NCBI GenBank assembly: GCA_947085845.1
Contig: CAMTXO010000002.1
Location: forward strand, 234,231 to 298,230
DNA length: 64,000 nucleotides
Direction: 5' to 3'
Origin: an uncultured Candidatus Saccharibacteria bacterium
GTDB lineage: Bacteria > Patescibacteriota > Saccharimonadia > Saccharimonadales > Saccharimonadaceae
Below the pieces are notes generated by a model that did not search any database, was not told the origin of the DNA, and worked only from the letters and a program-made list of their open reading frames with translations. A program made the position numbers and the translations under genes. This document shows, piece after piece, positions 28,435-36,326 of the stretch (within the stretch, counting starts at the first letter, position 1; each line of letters opens with the position of its first letter).

Positions 28435-29220
28435 CTATTCTTCTGGAGGTAGTGTTGCTGAAATGAGCTCTGACCAGCCGTTTACTGGATCTTGCCACTC
28501 AACCTTCACCAAGTCGTCACCAGCTCCTCCGTAGTCAACTGAACCGATATACCAAGTCGCTGTACCGCCTCCAGAGTAATTGTCGTACTGTGTTGTCTCC
28601 ATAGATGCTGTATATACACCGTCTATGTACACTGCCGCACGAATAAGTGCAGTACCTTCATATCCAGGAGGGAGGTTGGAAGTGCTTAGACTGAATTGAC
28701 CTTTTAGTGGAGCTCTTCCCTCAACTTCTAAAGTACCGTATTGACTACTCCCCTCTATTGTCTCGCCATTAAATCCGTTACCCAATGCCTCCTGTTGAAA
28801 TCCGTTGCAATCTCCTGGGAGCGGGTCTGTATTTACAGAACTTACATGGTAGTTGACAATCTGAGTCGTTGGCCACAAGCCCACAATGTCGGTAATCTCC
28901 AAACAATAACATTCTCCGTCACCACACCAACCATAGCTACTGGCATATATATAGTTATTTTCATAAGAATCCGGTACGGTACCAGCTGGTAGTTGATCAA
29001 ATTGTGGATAAGCACCTTCTTTTTTCTTGTAATCTTCGATTTTTTGTCGTGCATTCGTCAGGATAGTCTTCATTTCGGTTTGTTTTGATGAGACCACTAC
29101 TGCACCCGCGCCTACATAGCTAATTGTGGCCAGTATGCCAATAACAACTATTACTACCAAAAGTTCTACAATAGTGAAACCTTTTTGTTTTTGAATAGTA
29201 AGAGAAGTGAGCTGCTTCAT
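28435..29220 (-). CDS. Type IV pilin-like protein (large, 261-270 aa)
   Basis: ...QKQKG|FTIVELLVVIVVIGILATI prepilin motif. The ATG at 29220 (MKQLTS...) or at 29247 could be the start. Confidence 0.78.
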   Translation of the reverse strand: MKQLTSLTIQKQKGFTIVELLVVIVVIGILATISYVGAGAVVVSSKQTEMKTILTNARQKIEDYKKKEGAYPQFDQLPAGTVPDSYENNYIYASSYGWCGDGECYCLEITDIVGLWPTTQIVNYHVSSVNTDPLPGDCNGFQQEALGNGFNGETIEGSSQYGTLEVEGRAPLKGQFSLSTSNLPPGYEGTALIRAAVYIDGVYTASMETTQYDNYSGGGTATWYIGSVDYGGAGDDLVKVEWQDPVNGWSELISATLPPEE

Positions 29221-29297
29221 GTTATTTGGAATTATAACATTATGCATAAGCGGTATGCAAACAACGATACGGCCCTAGACTTGCTATTATAAATACT

Positions 29298-29837
29298 ATG
29301 CAAATCATTGCTGAAGTTAAAACATTTTCTCCCTTCGGATGGGAGTCTGATAAGAGCTGGGATGAATTGTTCGAATCAGCAAATAAAATTGGTGATATTA
29401 TTTCTATACACACAGATCCGAAATGGCATGGATCTTTCGAACTTTTAGAAAAAGCTCGAAAATTAACAAATAAACCAATTCTTGCTAAAGGTATACACGC
29501 CCGCGATGAAGATATCGAACAAGCTGTACGATCTGGAGCTAATTACGTGCTTGTTGTTGGTAGGCTGCCAAAAATACATCTTGATAAATGTTTTATTGAA
29601 CCAAATACACTGAAAGAATTAGCAAATTTACCGAGTGATATCAAAGCTGTATGGAATAGTCGAGATCTTACTACTGGCGGCCTTAAAAAGCATACATTTG
29701 ATGATGCTCGAAAGGTCTTTGATGGGTGGTTATGTCAAGCAAGTAATATTTCTAGCTCTAAGGACATTAATAACAAAGCTGATGCTATTTTGGTTGGTAC
29801 ACATTTGGAAAATTTTAAAGTACACCCGACAGGATAG
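29298..29837 (+). CDS. Indole-3-glycerol-phosphate synthase (TrpC)-like minimal TIM-barrel protein
   Basis: IIAEVKTFSPFG / ISIHTD..W.GSFE.L / PILAKG / ILVGTHL are co-linear with IGPS motifs (IAEIKKASPSKG, ISVLTD, PIL.KDF, LIGSALM). The last 6 codons (KVHPTG*) are encoded by the tRNA-Arg-derived repeat. Confidence 0.55.
   Translation: MQIIAEVKTFSPFGWESDKSWDELFESANKIGDIISIHTDPKWHGSFELLEKARKLTNKPILAKGIHARDEDIEQAVRSGANYVLVVGRLPKIHLDKCFIEPNTLKELANLPSDIKAVWNSRDLTTGGLKKHTFDDARKVFDGWLCQASNISSSKDINNKADAILVGTHLENFKVHPTG
29820..29835 (-). repeat. Direct repeat of 16 nt of the 3' end of tRNA-Arg (29983-29998)
   Basis: + strand GTACACCCGACAGGAT is present at both positions. Confidence 0.93.
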
Positions 29838-29854
29838 CGCTTCACTTCGTTGCG

Positions 29855-29912
29855 CTCCTCCACTCAATATTTCTCGGAACAAGTTCCTGCGAGAGATTTC
29901 GCTACGCCGAAC
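29855..29912 (-). other. Conserved ~58-nt structured core, copy B (paralog of 7894-7951)
   Basis: Minus strand reads GTTCGGCGTAGCGAAATCTCTCGCAGGAACTTGTTCCGAGAAATATTGAGTGGAGGAG. Confidence 0.7.
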
Positions 29913-29946
29913 CTTACAGTTCTCGCATACTCACGTATGCAACCAT

Positions 29947-29971
29947 ATAAAAAGCCCATGACAAGCATGGG
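29947..29971 (-). terminator. Intrinsic terminator of tRNA-Arg
   Basis: Minus strand CCCATG-CTTGT-CATGGG followed by CTTTTTAT. Confidence 0.7.
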
Positions 29972-29980
29972 ATTTTTATA

Positions 29981-30057
29981 TGGTACACCCGACAGGATTC
30001 GAACCTATGGCCTTCGGCTCCGCAAGCCGACGCTCTATCCAGCTGAGCTACGGGTGC
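29981..30057 (-). tRNA. tRNA-Arg (GCG)
   Basis: GCACCCG/CGGGTGT acceptor (G1-U72), anticodon arm TCGGC-TTGCGGA-GCCGA, T loop TTCGAAT, and encoded CCA. Confidence 0.85.
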
Positions 30058-30250
30058 TCGTCAGCATTCACTCCATTTAGTCGTTTTACTACGTAAAAAC
30101 TTCTTCACTACGTCATGCTTCCTCTTTCGTTGTACAAACAGCACAAAAACAAGTGTTGCGCTTGGTTTGTCCAACGAGTCCAGGTACAAGACAGTATAAC
30201 AGATATAACCCTAGTCAACTAGACCCAAAAGCATTATACTTACGCTAACT

Positions 30251-31267
30251 ATGCAACAAAATATACCACTCAAAGATTACACTACTATGAGACTCGGGGG
30301 ACCAGCTAAATATATGGCTACTGCCGAAACAAAAGAAGAGCTTGTCTCCTTGGTTGAACAAGCGGGTACTTTGCCAATACTGGTGCTCGGACAGGGCAGC
30401 AATGTCATTGTGAGCGACAAGGGCTTTGATGGTTTAGTTATTCTAAATAGAATTACCGGGTACGAAGTATTTGATGAAAATCCTGCAACAACAAAAATAA
30501 AAGTTGGTGCCGGGGAAAATTGGGATTCAGTGGTAGCGCGAACAACAGAGATGGGGCTAAGTGGCATAGAGTGCTTATCTGCAATTCCAGGATTTTGCGG
30601 CGCTGCACCAGTTCAAAATATTGGTGCATATGGCCAAGAAATTGCCGACACACTACTCGAACTTGAAGCGTATGACCTACGCACAAAAACGTTTGTGACT
30701 TTTAGTAACTCAGATTGTGACTTCACATACAGAAGAAGTATATTTAATTCCGAGGCAAATAAACGTCGATACATTATTACGAGTTTAGTTCTAGAGCTTC
30801 AAAAAACTATCCTGGAGCCACCTTTTTATAGTAGTTTACAGATATATCTTGATAAAAATCAGATTACCGACTACAACCCATATAATCTAAGGGAAGCTGT
30901 TAGGACTATCCGTACTACAAAATTACCCGATCCAACTATTATTCCAAACACGGGATCTTTCTTTAAAAATCCAATTGTAGAAAAGTGGCAGGCTGAAAAT
31001 TTACAAAAAGAATATCCAGATATCAAAGTATTTCCTATGGATGAAAATTTTTCAAAACTTGCTGCTGGATGGCTTGTCGAAAATGCAATTATGAAAGATC
31101 TAGAAATGGACGGATTTAAGGTCTATGAAAAAAACGCGTTAGTTATTACAAACACAGGCTCGGGCACATATGAAGGTCTGGTGAACATTAAGAATCATAT
31201 AACGGAAGCAGTACGTGACAGCTTTCGCATAACATTGGAGCAAGAGCCAGAGGAGGTTGGAATATGA
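30251..31267 (+). CDS. murB: UDP-N-acetylenolpyruvoylglucosamine reductase MurB
   Basis: LKDYTTMRLGGPAKY N-terminus, FAD-binding GQGSN.., and C-terminal GSFFKNP motif. Confidence 0.9.
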   Translation: MQQNIPLKDYTTMRLGGPAKYMATAETKEELVSLVEQAGTLPILVLGQGSNVIVSDKGFDGLVILNRITGYEVFDENPATTKIKVGAGENWDSVVARTTEMGLSGIECLSAIPGFCGAAPVQNIGAYGQEIADTLLELEAYDLRTKTFVTFSNSDCDFTYRRSIFNSEANKRRYIITSLVLELQKTILEPPFYSSLQIYLDKNQITDYNPYNLREAVRTIRTTKLPDPTIIPNTGSFFKNPIVEKWQAENLQKEYPDIKVFPMDENFSKLAAGWLVENAIMKDLEMDGFKVYEKNALVITNTGSGTYEGLVNIKNHITEAVRDSFRITLEQEPEEVGI

Positions 31268-31959
31268 AAAACAAAGGATTTAGCGTGGTAGAAATGGTAA
31301 TTGTCATTACAATTATCGGGATACTGGCTGGCCTAGGTACCGTACAAATGCTACGGTCGCAGGCTGTAGCTCGAGATCAAGAGCGCGCAGATGACACACG
31401 ATCGATTGCAATTAACCTACAAGATATTTACGACACTGGTCAAATTGATGGTGAGATCATCGCTAGTGGTGACGGTACAATTACAAGCGCTGTTAACATG
31501 GGCTATCCGAGCACCGCACTACTCAATCCCCCAGCATCAAGCGCATCTCAGGCAAATGGAATTATACAGAGCATTCGATTAGATGCACTGAAAAGTCCGT
31601 ATCTTCCCAACTCAGCAACTAGTCCAAACTTTAGTATGGTTGCTGCCACCTCGACTGCAGACCTAAACAACACAAACAAAACCGCTGGGGGTATTACACT
31701 AGGTAAAACAAATGACGCATACGTGTATCAGCCTCTTGATGCTAATGGTGCATTGTGCGCATTTGCAACAGGGCTTGTCTCAACGGGAGTAGGTGCGAGT
31801 GCTACTATACCCACAAAAACAGGATCTACTTCTCAAGCTGTTATCGCACCTAGACTCGTAGATAATTGTGTAAAATTCAATTTATATTACTATTCGGAAG
31901 CAAACGATACGATTATCAAGGTACAGAGTGCCAAAAGTACAAGTGATGGTTTATACTAA
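31264..31959 (+). CDS. Prepilin-type N-terminal motif protein (minor pilin/pseudopilin-like)
   Basis: MKNKG|FSVVEMVIVITIIGILAGL. The start overlaps the murB stop (ATGA). Confidence 0.75.
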   Translation: MKNKGFSVVEMVIVITIIGILAGLGTVQMLRSQAVARDQERADDTRSIAINLQDIYDTGQIDGEIIASGDGTITSAVNMGYPSTALLNPPASSASQANGIIQSIRLDALKSPYLPNSATSPNFSMVAATSTADLNNTNKTAGGITLGKTNDAYVYQPLDANGALCAFATGLVSTGVGASATIPTKTGSTSQAVIAPRLVDNCVKFNLYYYSEANDTIIKVQSAKSTSDGLY

Positions 31960-31973
31960 TAACTATAAGTGTT

Positions 31974-32402
31974 ATGAATAAAAAACAATCTGGTTTCACT
32001 ATAGTCGAGCTACTAGTTACAGTCATTACGGCTGCTATGTTTGTGGCTATGTTTTATCAGCTATATGTTGTGTTGGTAGGTATAAATGCAACAGCTCGCA
32101 ACACTGCCCAAGCGAGTGATTTGGCGTATTCAAACCTTAGGCTATACCCTACTGTTGTTAGTACAGGCTTGACGTGTAATGCAGGTACGAATGTCTCAAC
32201 TACTGTGAATCTTATACCAGCTAGCGGCTCGCCAGTTGCTGTGACCAACGCTAATTACCCCGAACTTGGAGCGGTAACAGAACAACTAACGGCCCAATTC
32301 CCATACGGCTGCGCAGCTGTATACAATGTTGTAAAACTAGTATCAACGGTCACTTATGGATCTACGTCCTACAAGGTAAGTTATGCGACATATGTTAACT
32401 AA
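31974..32402 (+). CDS. Minor pilin-like protein
   Basis: MNKKQSG|FTIVELLVTVI. Confidence 0.72.
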   Translation: MNKKQSGFTIVELLVTVITAAMFVAMFYQLYVVLVGINATARNTAQASDLAYSNLRLYPTVVSTGLTCNAGTNVSTTVNLIPASGSPVAVTNANYPELGAVTEQLTAQFPYGCAAVYNVVKLVSTVTYGSTSYKVSYATYVN

Positions 32403-33123
32403 TAACCAAAAAGGCTTTACTTTGGTTGAAGTAGCCGTTATTGCACCTATGATGATACTGATTGCTTTGGCGATCGTGGCTGTGCTTGTTACGCTTGTCA
32501 GCAGTACTGTTGCTCCAAATGCAAAGGCGTTACTGATGCAACAGCAAGAAAAAGCATTTGATACTATTGAAAACGACATCAACAACAGCAGTACACTCCT
32601 CTCTACTTTGCCTGCAAATTTCAGCGATAGCGTCGCAAGCGACTACGCAACTCCACCGGCAAATACAGAAATATTACGAGTGCAAGGCTATGATCAGATA
32701 CAAAACCCAGGCGATACTAGTGGTACAAAAGTAATACCGGCTTTTAAAGATACTGCTGTATGTAGCAATATAACTGACCTTAGCGCATCGAACATTGTCC
32801 CGGTCGTTATCATTTACTTTGTAAAAGACAATATTTTATATAGAAGAACTTTAATCGAAGACACTCCCTCGAGCACATGCGGAACGAAATTGGCAAAAGA
32901 GACAGGATGCGCACAAGCCTCATGCACCAAAGACACTCAGCTCGTCCAAGGAGACACTATCCTAATATTTGACATAGAATACTACTCTACTACTACAGGA
33001 ACGACTACAACCACCCCTGCTTTGGCTAAAAGCGCCAAAATAACTATAAAGAGTGCTCTTAATGCGGGTGGTGACAGTATCGAGTATGCGGCTAGTATCA
33101 GGGCTGCACGACTAAATAATTAG
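32383..33123 (+). CDS. Minor pilin-like protein
   Basis: ...NNQKG|FTLVEVAVIAPMMILIAL. It overlaps the previous gene by about 10-20 nt. Confidence 0.7.
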   Translation: MRHMLTNNQKGFTLVEVAVIAPMMILIALAIVAVLVTLVSSTVAPNAKALLMQQQEKAFDTIENDINNSSTLLSTLPANFSDSVASDYATPPANTEILRVQGYDQIQNPGDTSGTKVIPAFKDTAVCSNITDLSASNIVPVVIIYFVKDNILYRRTLIEDTPSSTCGTKLAKETGCAQASCTKDTQLVQGDTILIFDIEYYSTTTGTTTTTPALAKSAKITIKSALNAGGDSIEYAASIRAARLNN

Positions 33124-33200
33124 TCAAAAAAAGTATTGCACTTATGCTTAGTATGGTATATGCTTTGTACATACAACAAAATTTAATTAGGGGGCAAAAG

Positions 33201-33635
33201 ATGACCTTTAACAATATTAAAATGAAAAACAAAGAAGGTGGCTTCACCATCGTCGAACTCTTGATCGTAATTGTGATCATTGGTATTTTGGCAGCCTTGG
33301 TGATTGTCGCTTACACAGGTATCCAAACTCGTGCACGTGATGCAAAGAGCCAAACTGATGCGCAAGCAATTCTTAAGAAAGCTGAAGCTTATGCAGCTGA
33401 CAGCAACGGTATTTACCCAGCTAACGAAGCAGGCTTTGGTACTGGTGTAGGTGCTTTAGGTACAGATCTTGCTGCAGTACTAGGTGACGGAACATCAGCT
33501 GTTCTTCCAGCTATTACAACTCACGGTGATATCCGTGGTTGGGCATGTGGTACAACACCAAACTTTACTGGTTACAAGATTCGTTACTGGTATAACGGTG
33601 CTGTAGCTACAATTGCTGCTGGTACAACTTGTTAA
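33201..33635 (+). CDS. Major-pilin-like protein, paralog 1
   Basis: SD AGGGGG lies 6 nt before the ATG at 33201. ...KEGG|FTIVELLIVIVIIGILAALVIVAYTG. A Cys pair is formed by WAC and the terminal C. The ORF-track start at 33144 has no RBS. Confidence 0.82.
   Translation: MTFNNIKMKNKEGGFTIVELLIVIVIIGILAALVIVAYTGIQTRARDAKSQTDAQAILKKAEAYAADSNGIYPANEAGFGTGVGALGTDLAAVLGDGTSAVLPAITTHGDIRGWACGTTPNFTGYKIRYWYNGAVATIAAGTTC
33238..33471 (+). repeat. Near-identical 234-bp block shared by the two pilin paralogs (copy 1); a second identical block lies at 33537-33601
   Basis: Compared base by base with 33857-34090. There are only six differences, all synonymous, clustered at about 33350-33385. Confidence 0.9.
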
Positions 33636-33671
33636 GAGTGTAGATACTTACTATAAAAGTAATGAAAATTT

Positions 33672-33711
33672 GGAAAACATAAACCGCTCGTACGAGCGGT
33701 TTATGTTTTCC
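33672..33711 (+). terminator. Long perfect-palindrome terminator between the pilin paralogs
   Basis: GGAAAACATAAACCGCTCG-TA-CGAGCGGTTTATGTTTTCC. Confidence 0.75.
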
Positions 33712-33819
33712 ACACAGTTAATTGTTTGTCTTATTTCTGTATTGCGTTTATGGTAACAATGAAATATTATGAAGCATATAACAAATTGAATAAAAATAAC
33801 TAATAACTAGGGGGCATAA

Positions 33820-34254
33820 ATGATAACTGAACAATTACAAAGTGCAACGAGACAGCGTGGCTTCACCATCGTCGAACTCTTGATCGTAATTGTGATCATT
33901 GGTATTTTGGCAGCCTTGGTGATTGTCGCTTACACAGGTATCCAAACTCGTGCACGTGATGCAAAGAGCCAAACAGATGCACAGGCAATACTTAAAAAGG
34001 CTGAAGCTTATGCAGCTGACAGCAACGGTATTTACCCAGCTAACGAAGCAGGCTTTGGTACTGGTGTAGGTGCTTTAGGTACAGATCTTGGAACGGTACT
34101 ACAAAACGGTACTTCAGCGCTACTACCTGCAATCACAACCCACGGTACTATATATGGTTGGGCATGTGGTACAACACCAAACTTTACTGGTTACAAGATT
34201 CGTTACTGGTATAACGGTGCAATATCGTCAATTGCTGCTGGTACAACCTGCTAG
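33820..34254 (+). CDS. Major-pilin-like protein, paralog 2
   Basis: SD AGGGGG before the ATG. ...RQRG|FTIVELL.... It is identical to paralog 1 over most of its length. Confidence 0.85.
   Translation: MITEQLQSATRQRGFTIVELLIVIVIIGILAALVIVAYTGIQTRARDAKSQTDAQAILKKAEAYAADSNGIYPANEAGFGTGVGALGTDLGTVLQNGTSALLPAITTHGTIYGWACGTTPNFTGYKIRYWYNGAISSIAAGTTC
33857..34090 (+). repeat. Near-identical 234-bp block (copy 2); second identical block at 34156-34220
   Basis: See the entry for 33238-33471. Confidence 0.9.
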
Positions 34255-35510
34255 AACTTTGAAATAAACTCTTGTACTTCTTGTCTGATATTATCAAGCG
34301 TTTGAGTATTTTCTCGATTTTGTATAACCCGAAGCACTAAATCAGCGATTCTTTGCATATCTTCTTCTCGCATACCATGGGTGGTTATTGCTGGCGTCCC
34401 AAGTCGTATACCACTAGGACGAAATGCTGGCAACGTATCGTCTGGTATCGCGTTTTTGTTGACAGTTATGCCAACATTGTCTAGTACTGACTGCACCACT
34501 TCACCGTCCAGGCCAAAGCTCTTTTTTACATTCGCTAGTATAAGGTGATTATCGGTTCCTCCTGTCACAAGCTCGAAGCCATTTGCCTGTAGTGCACTCG
34601 CTAGTGTTCGAGCATTCTTTACAATCTGCTGGGCGTATTTTTTGAATTCTGGCTGTGAGGCTTCCCTAAATGCAACAGCTTTTGCTGCAATAACGTGCAT
34701 ATGTGGGCCTCCCTGCAACCCAGGAAAAACTGTTCGATCAATCAATGTGGGGATATTTTCTATGGTATGATCTGGCCTCTTCAAAGGATTGCTGACTACG
34801 CCTTTTGATAATATTAGGCCAGCTCGTGGACCACGAAGTGTTTTGTGGGTAGTAGTTGTAATAACATGAAAGCCATAGTCAAAAGGATTTTTCGCAACTC
34901 CCCCTGCTATCAACCCAGCGATGTGGCTCATATCAGCAACCAGCAAAGCACCGACTTCGTTGCCAATACTGGCAAATTTTTCGTAGTCCAGCTCCCTTGG
35001 ATATGCAGAAAAGCCAGCTAAAATAATCTTTGGTTTATGTTTTAGGGCAAGTTTGCGCAAACCTTCATAATCGATTTCACCTGTTGCAATGTCTTTGATA
35101 CCGTACCGTACAAAATTGAACTGCTTTGCGAGGATAGTGACAGGATGTCCATGCGTTAGATGTCCACCGTGCGAGAGATCCATCGCAATTATAGTATCCC
35201 CAGGCTCACACCATGCGTGATACACGGCTTCATTTGCCTGGGCTCCACTATGAGGCTGTACATTGGCGTGATCGGCGCCAAAGAGCTTTTTAGCTCTCTC
35301 AATTGCAATTGTTTCTAGCTGATCAGTGTTTTCTTGTCCACCATAATATCTTTTACCTGGATATCCTTCTGAATATTTATTCGTAAAAACACTACCTAGA
35401 GCCGTCAGCACATCATTACTCACATAATTCTCGCTTGGTATGAGCTCGAGACCCGACTTTTGTCGTTGTTTCTCTGCTTCGATAATTTTTTCTACTTCTT
35501 TATCTTTCAT
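34251..35510 (-). CDS. glyA: Serine hydroxymethyltransferase
   Basis: TTTTHKTLRGPR PLP-lysine motif and full-length SHMT pattern. Confidence 0.96.
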   Translation of the reverse strand: MKDKEVEKIIEAEKQRQKSGLELIPSENYVSNDVLTALGSVFTNKYSEGYPGKRYYGGQENTDQLETIAIERAKKLFGADHANVQPHSGAQANEAVYHAWCEPGDTIIAMDLSHGGHLTHGHPVTILAKQFNFVRYGIKDIATGEIDYEGLRKLALKHKPKIILAGFSAYPRELDYEKFASIGNEVGALLVADMSHIAGLIAGGVAKNPFDYGFHVITTTTHKTLRGPRAGLILSKGVVSNPLKRPDHTIENIPTLIDRTVFPGLQGGPHMHVIAAKAVAFREASQPEFKKYAQQIVKNARTLASALQANGFELVTGGTDNHLILANVKKSFGLDGEVVQSVLDNVGITVNKNAIPDDTLPAFRPSGIRLGTPAITTHGMREEDMQRIADLVLRVIQNRENTQTLDNIRQEVQEFISKF

Positions 35511-36241
35511 AACCGCGCTTTTTCTCGTAATTTAGTCTGTTTTTTTCTGAAATCAATCATGTTTGGTGCTACAAAAAATACAGTAGTAAATGCTAGCACT
35601 ACAGCGAAACCACACATTATCGACGGTATGCCCGAGATTGTAGCAGGATCTAAAAGGTTTACAGTGATAGTTGGCCCCATAAAGAGTACATAGCCCGCTG
35701 CCAAAAACCGTAGTGCCTTTGCGACATTAGCTTTTTTAGTACGATTTGCTTGTGTCCAGCAATAGGCAACGCCTGTCACCAATAGCCCGTAGTAGTAGGT
35801 TGCATACAGCCAATTGATGTTTTGGGTTAGGTTAAAAATAATATAGTTACCTCCACAAACTTTATGCTCTATAGAGTTTGTTACTACCAAAAAAAAGCCG
35901 ACAAACAATGCGCTGAGTCCGTAGGCAAACCAAACAAGCTTTCGATGACGTCTTCCGGCTATTTCGTTCGCTAGATGAATACCTAATGGTGGCAACATTG
36001 TAATTGCTACAAAACCAGACCTAGCCCAGTTATCACCAGACACGCCCATACCACCGCAAACCATATACTCGGCCAGCTGGAAAAAGGCTAAAAAGCCAAG
36101 TATGGCGACTATTAGCCTAGTGATGTTAGTTAATTTATATCGCCATAGTGTATACACTATCAATGCAATTTCAATGAAAAAAGTAGCCAGCATAACTGGA
36201 GGTGAAAAACAGTAAAATGTTGTTTCTTTTTTTCTAAACAC
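35507..36241 (-). CDS. Hypothetical polytopic membrane protein (7 TM)
   Basis: ORF and hydrophobicity only. The stop overlaps the glyA start. Confidence 0.5.
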   Translation of the reverse strand: MFRKKETTFYCFSPPVMLATFFIEIALIVYTLWRYKLTNITRLIVAILGFLAFFQLAEYMVCGGMGVSGDNWARSGFVAITMLPPLGIHLANEIAGRRHRKLVWFAYGLSALFVGFFLVVTNSIEHKVCGGNYIIFNLTQNINWLYATYYYGLLVTGVAYCWTQANRTKKANVAKALRFLAAGYVLFMGPTITVNLLDPATISGIPSIMCGFAVVLAFTTVFFVAPNMIDFRKKQTKLREKARL

Positions 36242-36326
36242 TCAGCGGTACTCCCTGTATTGTCTATAATTATAACTCATAAGACCCTGCAAGGATACGC
36301 ATATTCATGTTGCGTTAATATCATAA

